Shown here: positions 35,948 through 48,500 of the stretch, in pieces
Numbering within the stretch: the stretch's first letter is position 1
Layout of the letters: each line of letters starts with the position of its first letter
Assembly (NCBI GenBank): GCA_040954595.2
Contig: CM082596.2
Span: forward strand, 9,754,461-9,818,460
DNA: 64,000 bases
Origin: Balanoglossus misakiensis
Lineage: Eukaryota > Animalia > Hemichordata
Direction: 5' to 3'
Program-made: the position numbers and the translations under genes
Notes under the pieces: model-generated
The model's input: the letters and a program-made list of their open reading frames with translations, nothing else
Told to the model about the DNA's origin: nothing
Databases searched by the model: none

Positions 35948-38084
35948 TAGTTAATATCCCAAATGTCATAGCAGCTGCCCCTTTAAAACAAATTCTTTTC
36001 AAAAAATGTGTTTCTAATAGATTTGGTCAGGTGGAAAGGTATGTCACACACTGTTTGCACTGAACACTGAAGTGGTTGCCATTTTATTGACACAAATTGA
36101 ATGACACGATGCATCACATTAGACTTACGGGTAAACCATTTTATTGTTAGGGGAGTGCAGCTTAGTTTCTACTCTGCCTATTCTCTGATTTTTTTTTCTT
36201 ACTATTTGGCAGAGGCAAAATGCAGACTAGTTATGGAAGTGTTCCTAAGTAACTATGCATAAATTATTTCTATTAATCTAAGCACAACATGTAAAATATA
36301 AATCAACCAGGTAGACTCATGTCTCCCCCTACAGTAATGGTGACAATTCCTATCATAGTACCCAACTTACTCAAGTAAACACACTTAATGTTAGCAAACA
36401 GTCCTATAGATATAGCCTGGACCCCTGTCCCATTCCTGCTGCTGGTAGTGACAGCAGGGTTAGAAAGTGGGCAGAGAACAAGAGTATCTTACAGGCCTCT
36501 TTCATGACCCCTGTGTGACCTTACATCCTGGTGATTTGTTGGTTTGACATCATTCATCATTCAATGTTAAATACAACAGCTAATCTTTCTAACACAGGCA
36601 ATGTTTAACAGTTTTGTTCAAGGATGAGAAAAAATGCATTGATTTAATAGCGTGGTTGGTAAACTCGAAATTGTATACTCACACCAACAAAATTCCAGGA
36701 TCAGGAGGTCAAAAGGGGTCATAAAAGTGGCATGATATAGCTTAGTAGCCAGTGGTGTAATATTTATATGAACTGTGCAACTTCATGCATATTTCAATGT
36801 TATAAGTATTGACTGACATATAAAATTTCTTTGCGATGTCGAAATTCAATGAGAAGAAACAAAAGCCAAAAGTTACCACATTTTATACTGACAATGATTT
36901 TTTTTGTACAGTTTACCCTATGGATCCAGCTATCATAAGAATAGGTCCAATAATTGTAGCTTTGGTGGGCTGGTTGATCGCTGACGGGCTTGATCAACCA
37001 GCCCATCTAGGCTACAATTTTTGCAGCTATCATAGGAAGGGCACATTCGGAATACCCCCCACTGGGCAAAAAGGTTGATATACATTCAGTATTTTCACGT
37101 ATATGGACACGTAGATTAGGAATATGCGCAAGTATACAATAGTCTGCACAGTTGTACATCTACAATCTGCACCACGTATATGTGACGTATATTCACGTAT
37201 ATGGAACATACCAATGTGTTAGTATACGTGCACGTATATCTATGAAGATCACGGGTGTGCACAACGCAGACCAATGCAGATCAAGTGCACACTATAAACA
37301 TTCCAACGTATTTGTACACATTCTCAGTGCATATCTTCCTTGCTATTTGCATGACTGTGTTATTAGCATACGTTACATCATCATCACAGACATTTACATT
37401 TGCATAGTTGAGTTCACATTCCTGGTATTTTTACGTATATTTAATGCAGACCCTTCCAGAAATTACCATACATTATGTCATCATTGTTGGCAAATATTTG
37501 CAAAATAATTTTGGGGTCATATTTAAATTACCCCAAAGGTCACAATTCTGGGGTCATCCTTCATTGTCAGGATTTGACCTTTCCTTGTTATTCACCTTTG
37601 CTGTAAATTTGTTACTATTAATCTGCTTTGAGATGCAACTGCATCTCAAAGCAGATCAATAGCAACAAATTGGTAAATGCATATTTCAAGCCGATACACT
37701 TCCTCCTATCGTGCATCAACAAAAAACTGCTCACATAATAAAATTCACTTAAAAGGTAATTTTATTTAAAACATATAAAATGATTAAAGACATTACATGG
37801 ACAAAGAACAAAGTGTTTTGTTTTTAAATGCAAACCTAAAATCTGAAAAATAATCCTCAAAGTCTAGCTTCATTCAGTAACTCCAAAATACCATGAAAAA
37901 ATTTGCTTCATCTGACATCAGATCGCCTGCTTTCACCATGTTATCCTATTAAAGGGGAAATCAGGCGTAGTTGATTTCTACATAATTTGGTAGCTTTGAT
38001 GTCACTCTTTCAGAAAAAAACATATTCGCCATGTATAGGTCGCGCGATTTTTTACAAAATCTAGGGAAAGTTGGCAGAATTTCC

Positions 38085-38441
38085 AATATGGCGTTTACTG
38101 TAATTTGAATCATGGGAAAAAAAGCGCCAGGACCAACTTCCGCCCACCTTGGTGTGGGTGATACCATTTTCCGATTGGTATCACTGCATCACAAGCTAAG
38201 CGTATTTGCATATTTTTCATGGGTTATAGCTCATGAAAACTGTCAATAGATGACAAATTTTCGACTTTGCTGATGATTGTTTATCAACTGATGCAAAGAA
38301 CAAACAATAGCTATGAAAATACGCCTAGTCTGTGACACCCAGTGACACCAATCGGAGAATGGTATCACCCACACCATGGTGGGCGGAAGTTGGTCCTGGC
38401 GCTTTTTTTCCCATGATTCAAATTACAGTAAACGCCATATT
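38085..38441. mobile_element. MITE with about 100-bp TIRs
   Basis: aatatggcgtttactgtaatttgaatcatggg... and its reverse complement ending at 38441. The mirrored spurious ORFs 37961(-) and 38332(+) arise from this. Confidence 0.85.
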
Positions 38442-38474
38442 TAATTTAAGGAGAAACCAAAAATGTACAATTAA

Positions 38475-39269
38475 GATGGGTCCCTGGGATCTTTGTGCTC
38501 GTTGCTATGGGCCTTTATAGGACACTACACTCAATTTTGATCGAAACCGTTATGAACGTCCGACAAAGGGCTTGTAACTAGTTAAAAATACGCACGATTG
38601 TGTGCACACCCCCTATCTGAGTATGTTTACGGCAGCTACCGCCCGGCCATAGGCCGCCAAGCTAATACGGCAAAGCAGCGGTCAGCGATAGCGTGCGCGT
38701 CCTGTAACCACAGTAACTGGATCGAACGCTAAAAATCCAATGTTTTGTACACAGAGATTTTGTACCGTTCACAAAAATCCCTAAGGCTTTTTTCACAGGC
38801 GACGTAGGCCAGCCAAATTTGACCTGCTTGTTGAGAACGCACTTCCGCATAGTGTGACGGATCGTTTTTTCGGTTTTCGTCGTGTTAAGAAGCGATACCA
38901 GTGGAAGAGCGCGTCCAAAAACACCCAAAATCGATGACTTTTTCAGGTGTGGTACGGGTATGCTGAAATCGTAGGATACAACGATAATATTCGAAAACAA
39001 AATCTGTCACGATCTTCCCTGGTTCAAGCAACTAATGAATACGTATCAAGTTCGTTTTTGAGGTCACGGAATAAAAAGCCTTAGGCTTTTGAAATTTGAC
39101 CTAGCTAATTTGCATATCAATGGCGTCAGGGGGCGCGCGCTCACAATCGTGCAGATTTTCAACTAGTTACCAGCCCCTTGTTAGACTCTGAAAATGGCTT
39201 AGTCCAAATCGGGGTGTAATGTCCTATAAAGGCCCATAGCAACGGGCAAAAAGATCCCAGGGACCCATC
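38475..39269. mobile_element. TTAA-flanked non-autonomous DNA transposon (Kolobok-like) with about 140-bp imperfect TIRs
   Basis: TTAA-GATGGGTCCCTGGGATCTTT ... AAAGATCCCAGGGACCCATC-TTAA, with RR..YY termini. Confidence 0.82.
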
Positions 39270-41870
39270 TTAAGAGAAATAACAACACGTTCAATTTTAC
39301 TGATCATACATCTTTAACACAATTTCTCAAAGAATGTTTGGTAACTGGCTTTCAGCATCTTTGCTATTGTCAACGTTTTGCCATCTCTAAACATCATGAA
39401 GAAAATAGCTTAGAACGAGTACCCTCGTAAACCACTCAACATTTTGTGTGTTTGTTTGTGTGATACCATGAGGCGATCGATGATATGGTCAGGGCATTAT
39501 GGCCAAAGGGGACCATACCTGTCCTTTCTAATAAGGGCTACACAAAGAGAACATTGTTTCTTGTTATCTAAATTTGACTGCATGGGCGAATTACATTTTC
39601 AAGCTGTTACGTACCGATCCCAACATGAAAATTTAGCATTCAAGGCTTTTGAATGAAATTAAGATGAAGAGAATTTAACTGTCCCTGCATACACCTATGC
39701 AACTATGAAGGACACTATGATTTCTGTGTTTATAATGATTCATCTTGGCGTGTATGTGATCATGCACTATCCTAGTCTAGTATCTAGCCGTCAACTTTGC
39801 TTCCAAAAATAACATCTAGATCAAGCATGCCACTGGCCCAATAAAACCTGATAGCCAAGTGATCATAGGTTAGCATGACATTAAACTGAGTGCGGCTGAA
39901 ACACTGTTCGCTTACAATCGACAATTGTGTCACCTTGAATGAACTCGCACAGGTCAGAAAGGTCATTGTCTGTTGATATGGTAATTGGTATCTATGTGGA
40001 GTGAGCCACTGAAGAGATGCTAATCAGACTCGAGAATGATTGACTATACAGTAATACAGACATAGATTGAAAACTTTGGATTGTGATAATAAAATATGAC
40101 GAGCAATTTATTACTAGTAAAAACTTTGTACGTCCAGCACAAACAACAAACAGTTTCCATGATGTCATTGTTAAAAGTTGTGTGCCCCACTCACAGTCTC
40201 TCGATCCAACACAGACACCCCACTCACAACTGACGGATAGACTGACTGACTGATTCACCTTTCCACAGATGTTTGGACAGTCATTTGATGTCTTGTAGAA
40301 CAAGTCAGATTCATGGACTAATATTTTAGGCGTACAAAACGCGCATAGCACAGAGCTGGTTTGAGCTGACTTGCAATTGGAGCTAACATGCAAATGTGAG
40401 CACACATATATTGCCGTGTCTACAAGTTGCTGTCTGCAGTGTTGAATTTCATCGACAATTTGTCAAGTTTTCACAACTTTAATTTTGCTGCGAAACGTTC
40501 TGTCCGGGTGGTAATTTGTAAATGTTGTCGTTCAAATGTTTCAGTCCACTTGAACCAAGAAAAATCTCAGCAGACGGATATTTATTCTGAAACACCTGTT
40601 GATAGATTATGGGTGGTCATGATGAGACGGACAGCGTAAATTCAGTTCAAAAGTAACTTACCTGTGGGTCTTTATCTTCCTGGGAAGCCATTGCATTGTT
40701 GTGTCATTAACATTGCCTTGAAATTCATTCACAAATTACACCATAGCCCGATGTTGCAGTCTTGAGTTCAACTGGCAAGTTAGTTTTGTTGGGATTGCGT
40801 CGTCTAGCTAATCATTTGATTTTGAAGACTGTATCTGTATAAAAGTCAATAAGTAAATACAAGCTGCACTACAAAGAAAAATAAGCATCTATTTGTCAGA
40901 ATCATGATGGCACACAGAGTATTTATGAAACTGTTATCAGTTTTGCAGATTCGATTGTACACAGCCATAAATGGCAAAACAATCCCTGCACAAAATGTAA
41001 ATATAATGGGTCAAACAAAATATATTGCGGAAGCTGCAATTAATATTACACAATTCTCATTCCACGTTCTCATGTTGGTTTTTGGCGACATTCATGTGAT
41101 GGTAATGACTACTTGGTTTACTATTGCAATGTGAAGTTATTAAATTAATTTGCTTTTTCATAAATAGTGGAACACATAACTGAAGTTTTGTGGGCCAAAC
41201 TTGACTTCATATCTGCACTCTTCATTCTGTCAACATTTAATTAATCCACATTAATTGTAGAGTTATCGAGTCAGTCAGAGCAATTAGCACCCTTCCCAGG
41301 TACTCAAGCTTTAGACTGTCAGCAGTCATCACTCCCCAGGCACGATCACAACTCCCAGCATTTTTGTAGCAATGATATAAAATTATTCATGTCATTGTTG
41401 TTAGTGAAACAAATTGTTTTTCAACCACATTCTTGAACACCAATTATTGTGTCTGTAATTAAGCTATTGTGTTATTTCTCACATACTTAAAACATAAATT
41501 GCTAGAGAAAAACTACAGAAGGAAAGTGTATACAGAATGACAAAAGGAAAATATATGAATGTCGAAAGATTGTGAATTTCTACCCTCCCCTGGTGGTGAT
41601 ACACTCAGGGTCAATAGCTATCCATGCATGTTCCCAAAACTATCACAGAGAAGGGGACGCTTTTCGGTATCATCACTGTCTTTGAAAATGATAAAAAATG
41701 GTACATCTTACAACATGACAATGTTCAAATGAGATTTGAAATACGGATGGGTGTCTAAACCATAGTTCTTTATATTAGAAACATTGTTATTGCTTTATAT
41801 TTGTATTATGGCATTAACTGTCCCAGTTTTTGTAAATTAGGAGCTAAGGGGGCTTTTGTCTCATTTTCTT

Positions 41871-41871
<1 letters not shown>

Positions 41872-41906
<35 letters not shown>

Positions 41907-41917
41907 TATATATATAT
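41872..41917. repeat. (TA)n microsatellite
   Basis: Read directly. Confidence 0.9.
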
Positions 41918-42452
41918 TCAGACAGTGTTTTATTCAGGATGGTATCAGCAGGGGGTATATGTCCCCCTTCGCCAGAATATTTGAGGGTGATTCCACTCTG
42001 GCAAGGGGGAATGTTATATCTTCAACATGTGAGTAACATCATTTTAAAGGGCACTCAGGTGCCCCTTTGACAATTAAATTTCCAGGGGGTACCAACACAT
42101 CAATAGGAGGTGAATCCAAATTGTCTTTTTGTTGTTGAAAATTCCTGGAAATGTTATGGACAGGCAATGTCTATTTTCCCTGAGAGTGCCAGCACCGGTT
42201 TTGTATTTCTGTTTTCCTGTTGCCCTTTGGAGATCTTGCTGCTTTGTCTTGGAGAAGAGTGATTGTGTTGTCTTTGTTTTCTCACAACATGATGTCATCA
42301 TTTTGTATTCAAATTGGCGTACATGATCATGTTTTGGCTTCATAATTTTTCATTAATGAAGATTTCAATGTTTTCCTTTTATATTACTGCTGTTTATGGT
42401 TGCATTTTGAGAATATTTTGATGAAAGAAATGTTGATTGTTGAATGTTACAG

Positions 42453-42551
42453 AATCTAATCAATGCCGCAGTGAAGGGTGATGTTGCAAAGATTCAGTCG
42501 CTGATAGCTGATGGATATGATGTCAATGCAAGGGGTAAATACCCAGGGCAG
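42453..42551 (+). CDS. Ankyrin exon A (N-cap-like), phase 0-0
   Basis: ttacag|NLINAAVKGDVAKIQSLIADGYDVNARGKYPGQ|gtaagt, 99 nt. Confidence 0.88.
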
Positions 42552-45500
42552 GTAAGTGTTCGTATTGACCAATGTTTTATACAGAGTCATCGCTCAGGGC
42601 TAGCGTTTGATATTTAATTTTTCACATGCGGTGCATGCAGGAACTTAAAAAAATTGTGTGTAACTGTATTTCAATTACGTGCAACAAAATAACGATAGAC
42701 AGCCTGGGTTTTTGGTAAGTAACAACTTTTAATAGAAATATCTTTTTAAAATAACGAATTTTGTTGAAATAAAATGGATTCTTGGTGCAAACAAGATATT
42801 CCTAATGTCAATTCTTCCACAAAGATAAACTTACAGACACGGAGAGGTCTGCTGCAAGCAGTATTTTTAGGGGTCAACTATGGTGTTTCAAATTCTCTGT
42901 GGCAAGAACTAATTCTCAACTGGGGTGTTTTTCAAGGTCCATCGCACTATTCTGTTTGCAAATACATCATTGCAGTTTGCCACGCCGCTTTCTATAGCAC
43001 CCCTGATGCTGTTACTGTAGTAGCACTAGCTGAACCCCTGAAATGTTCCAGGACCACTTCAACTGTTCACATGTAATATTTTATGCCAGCATTTGAGCAG
43101 AGACGTTTCAGAAACATTTCAATGGTTATGAGTGACTGGCTTTTCACACAACAGTAACACTGAATCAACTAGATATCTATGAACTTCCAAAATACCACAC
43201 ACTCCCAAAATGATATCACAACACCACATTTAGATTGTGCAAAAACAGACCTACACTAGCCCACAAATATAAATAATCTCAATTCAGCGCAGACTTTTTC
43301 ATCAACAGTTCCAGTTTTACCTAGTGTGAACATGGTATCAGTCTACAGTTTGGTTCAATGTGGTTCAACCACATACAGTAATACCTGTCGAAATGGAACA
43401 TGCCGTATCTGGAAAACTGTCTATAATGAACACGTTTTCCTGTCCCCTTGACATAGAACCACGTGTTAAAAGAACCTTTACAAACCAGAAACGTCTGTAA
43501 ACTGAACAATTTCTTCTGTCCCTTTGGATTAGACAGGTTTTACTGTACATGTGTTTTGGTCATAGAGAATTGTCACTCAACCTTAGAAAATACTATTATT
43601 ATGATCTTTCAGATTGAAATCAATATCAGTCTATTACTGAAATAACACACCATCGTAATCGAAACCATTATTACAATAGTGACTGAAGCTCATTGTGATG
43701 AAATTCCTAGAGTTTCCTCATCAAAAGATCAAGCAGTTGACTCACATTGCAAGTATCAGATTTGTGATGTCATTTTTATTCCAACATTAAACGTCTTTAT
43801 TCCAGAATGATTCCACAGCATTGCATGCAGCGTCCTTCAAAGGTAAATTGGATGCTGTCAGGATGTTGATTAGCCATGGTGCAGATGTCAATGCGAAGGA
43901 TGAGGTACGTGAACTGACTTATCACTTTATTATGGATAATGTGGCCACACAATTGGATAATAAAAAAATGCCTTTGAAAAAGACCTAATTACAACACTCT
44001 TATTTTCATCCAAAATTACTTTGCATGATCCAAATTCAATGGGAAGAAACAAGCTAACCCTGAACAAGAAGAGGGAAAGGCCAAAAAGTATTACCCATAC
44101 TGATTTAGTTTTACTAACCATGATACCCTTGGGATCCAGCCATAGGAAGGACAGTGGGACACATTGCACTCTAAATTTAACAATCTTTACAATTTAGCCA
44201 AAGATGTTGAACCATAGTGTATTTGACACATTTGTTCCGAATGAATAAATATGTTCCAGAAAGTAAATTTTGATGCATTTTTTTGTGTTTCACCAAATTT
44301 AACAAATTTTTATTTTTTTTCAAGCCATCTCTGAAATTTTGCTGGCAATCTTTTTTTAAATCTTCCACATCCCCTCCATCCTTAGTTAAGCTATGGAGTC
44401 TAAAACATCCAATGTTAAAAACTATATGACCAGTCAAAGCGTTTTCCTCGCTGTTAGAATCAATTGAGATTCTTCACCGTCATTCTTTGATCTGTATTCA
44501 TTTTAACAGTCGGCAATTTTCATTTTGTGTGTAGAAGGACTGTGCATTATCCTTTCAAATCAGTCAGTATGCCATTCTTGCTTGTTTTTTGCAATATGGC
44601 TGATACTTTTGATATTTGTTTATTTATTTGTAGGTTTGTTTGTTTGTTTGTTTAAAGAAACCTCATATTACATTTCAATTTTTGTGACATTGTTCCCATG
44701 CTTCTCCTTCATTACTTACAGGATGGAGTCACCCCTTTGAATGATGCAGCAGGGTTTGGTGGTGAAGGCTGTGTCAGATTGTTATTGGAACACAAATCTG
44801 ATGTTACCATACAAACCCAGGTAAATACCAACTTGACTTCTGCAGGTTAATCTATCAGTATGGAATGATTTATTCATTCATTTTTTGTTTGTTTGTTTGT
44901 TTGTTTGTATGTTTTTTGTTTAAGGAAAATGACACATTACGTTTAATTTTTGTGACATTGTTCTCATGCTCCTCCTTCATTACTTACAGTGGGGAGACAC
45001 CCCTTTGCACTCTGCAGCAAGGAGGGATGTTGGTGAAGGCCGTGTCAGATTGTTATTGGAACACAAAGCTGATGTAACCATACAAAACAAGGTAAATACC
45101 AACCTGACTTCTGCAGGTAAATTCTAAAAGTATGAGCTTTCTCAATAGTGCCATTTCCTCTGTAGTTTTCTTAGTAAATTGTGTCTGGGATACAATGTAT
45201 ATATTTGTCCATTGCCCTTTGAATCAAAACTACTCCCTCCATTGGTCAGGTGTTGTACAGATAGACTGATGACAGTCCATGCCAATCCTATCACAGAACG
45301 TATCAGATAGGGTGATTGTCTGTCGGCCTCCAGCATCTGCCAACTCCTGTCTGGTACCTAATACAATTCATCATAAGGAGGTGCCATATAATTTGTCACT
45401 GTCCTTTGAATCAAAATTACTTCCTCTCGGCCAGACACAGGCAAGTATTGATTCATTATGGTGATGTGATTGTCTCTCCTATATCTGAGACATTTGATCT

Positions 45501-48500
45501 CCACTGTGAGCAATTTGGAGTTATGAGAAAGGGGGATTGTCTCCAGCATCTGCCAAAAACTGTCTTGTTGAACATAAGGATGTTGTTGTTTATTGCATTG
45601 TTTATCGTCAATCTTTTGTGGTTTAAATAATAATCTCATTATTGGCACAGCGATTTCTGTCTGTCCTTCTGTAGACAGATTTTGTTCCACTCATATCTTG
45701 AGAGAAATTGAATCCAATGATATGAAATTTTGTATGTAGCATTGTTATGATAAGTTCTAGATCTGATAAGATTTTGGTGGGTATGGCTTATTAATAAATT
45801 CTCCTTTGCATATTTGTGTGTGGTCGAACGTTAATTCACTACATACACATGTAGAATAACATAAACAGTGTCTTGTATCAAACATAATTAATGGAAAAAG
45901 GGAAGCGAGAAAGAGAGAGACTTTGTCCCTTTAATATTCAGGAATTTACTTTTCTTGTATACGTACACTCTTATAATGATTGTAAATCTTGAGAATGGCT
46001 ATCAAGTTGACAACCCTCGCACAAGTACATCATGTACATAAACAAAAATAGTCTGGTTTGTGGAGCCTCCTCCCTTTTTTACAGGAAGTACTTTCAAAAT
46101 ATGTTTATGCAATCAGTCCACACTCATGCTCAGTTTTGTGTCAGAATTATAGTCATAGCAACATTTTGAGTAAGACTTTACCAGAAGAACTTGTTTTCAT
46201 TGCGGCTCTGATTGGGGCCGTTTTAAAAAGGGGTTTGTTTGGCAACTTTTAGGACCGAAGGACGGATGCGCAGCCATTGTCACATCACACATGTCAAGTT
46301 GGGGACTTGCTGGGGGCAGGGGTGCTTGTTGACGGTGCCGAGAGGAGTCGGCCAGTTTTAGCTTGTACTTCAGGCCGAATAGCACAGTGCCAACCCAATT
46401 TACCTTTTATAAACTTTATAAAATATAATACATTTTAACATTAAATTGTTCAGTCGGATGATTTTTTTCATCATAATGAGCAACACAGCGGCAGCATTTG
46501 GATTGCTCTTTCTCTTGGAAATAGCTCAAGCTTATAAAACATGAGGTCTGTGCGGCTCCACTCCTCAGCTTCTCATCACTGTCTGTCACTTACCCAATCA
46601 TTTCAAAGGGGGTGATCAAGATGGCCAGAACAGCAAGTTTTAACCAACCAGGTTCCAGAACCTGAGAGAAGGTGCTAAAAGCATGCAATAGATATATTGA
46701 TGAGATAAACATTGGGAACAATAGGATGAAGGGAAGTGTGACTGGTCCAATCTGTTCTGTTTTAGTGTGGGGCACGGCTGGAATGGTTACACAAATGTCC
46801 TTGAAAGTTAGTGCTACTGTGGCTTCCAATGTTATCTCTTATGAAGAGTTTTGATAATTTTGTTTGTTCTTTATATTACATGAAAAGAATGACTGCATTC
46901 ATTGCATTTAATTTTGTTTGCCACACATTCCCATTGGCCACAGTGTCCACTGAAGTCTTTCTTTGGTTATTAGACTTTTTGATGCAGTGCGATGGAGAAA
47001 GGGAATCAGTGTTAACTTTCTTCAGATGGTTTTTTTTGGTGAAATTCAAGTTTTTTTTATTTAAACGCTATTTATACAAATAACGAGTGACACCATTGCA
47101 CAACTCTACTTGATATTGTTGGACCACTCAGTAGAAATTTATTTTAATGATGATTGATTTATCCCTTGTCACATACAATTTCTCTGTTATTTCCCCTTTG
47201 ATCGACATCGTTCAGTCTGCACAGCTTGGCTACTTTGTGCTGAGAACAGTCTGATGCCCTCCTACAGGAAATAAACATAGTTTGGTTAGCTCAGATGTTT
47301 GATCTGTTTCCACATAAATCTCCACATATCTCAAATTTTTCATCATATTGGAGATGAGATGTGATTATTCAAAATTCTTCTGACAATTCTACTAAATGTC
47401 ACTGTAGTTGTTTGCTAAATCTTCTTCTATATTGTGCAGGTTGCAAAAATAAATTGGTCCCATTCACTAACATCACATCACTGTCAGTTTTTTGATAGAA
47501 AATCATAAATAAAGTTCAGTTTAAAATTGGTGTATTGGTTATCCGTAATGTTATCTGTTTTGCAAGTTGTCAAATTTGAGTTTGTTTGTGAATTATTTAT
47601 AGTAACTTTTCTTTCTGTATCAACTGGCAGATATTTTGTCAGAATTCTTTTAGCTCGTTAAAATGCATGTATAAAACTGAATTACACATCTTGTGTGTAG
47701 AGTCGATACTGTTTCTGTTCAAATGCCATTTACTGTTGGTTAATATTATCCACAAGGGAGTTTGCGATTATTTGTCGTTTGTGTGTTTGTTCGATCGTTC
47801 ATTTTAACAAAATAACCTCATGTTACATTTCATTTTTCTTCTCATCATGCTCCTCCTTCATTACTTACAGAATGGAGACACCCCTTTGCATTATGCAGTA
47901 AGAGGGTGTCGTGGTGAAGGCCTTGTCAGATTGTTATTGGAACACAAAGCTGATGTGACCATACCAAACAAGGTAAATACCAACATGACGTCTGCAGGTT
48001 AATTCTGTCAATGCGGATATATTTATTCATTTTATTGTGTGTTTGTCTATTTGTTTGTTTGTTTGTTTGTTTGGTTAAGGAAATTTCACATTACATTTCA
48101 ATTTTGTGACATTATTCTCATGCTCCTCCTTCATTACTTACAGACAGGAGACACCCCTTTGCATTATGCAGCAAGGAGGGATGGTGGTGAAGGCCTTGTC
48201 AGATTGTTATTGGAACACAAAGCTGATGTGACCATACAAAACAAGGTAAATACCAACCTGACTTCTGCAGGTTTATTCTATCAATGCGGATATATTTATT
48301 CATTTATTTGTTTGTTTGTTTGTTTACGAAAATTTCACATTAGATTTCAATTTTTTTGACATTATTCTCATGCTCCTCCTTCATTACTTACAGGATGGAG
48401 ACACCCCTTTGCATGATGCAGCAAGGAGGGATGATGGTGAAGCCCTTGTCAGATTGTTATTTGAACACAAAGCTGATGCTAACATACGAAACAAGGTAAA

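Noticed and set aside
36021-36038. Possible 18-nt + strand micro-exon (tttctaatag|ATTTGGTCAGGTGGAAAG|gtatgt)
   Set aside because: Good splice signals, but nothing links it to a gene without transcript data.
46197-47083. GC-richer ORF-like stretch between exon D and the array
   Set aside because: No recognisable domain in any frame; probably a decayed insertion.
48246-48280. ctgacttctgcag|gt motif about 25 nt after each cassette donor as a recursive splice site
   Set aside because: Too close to the donor, the following GT context is weak, and its conservation is explained by whole-unit duplication.
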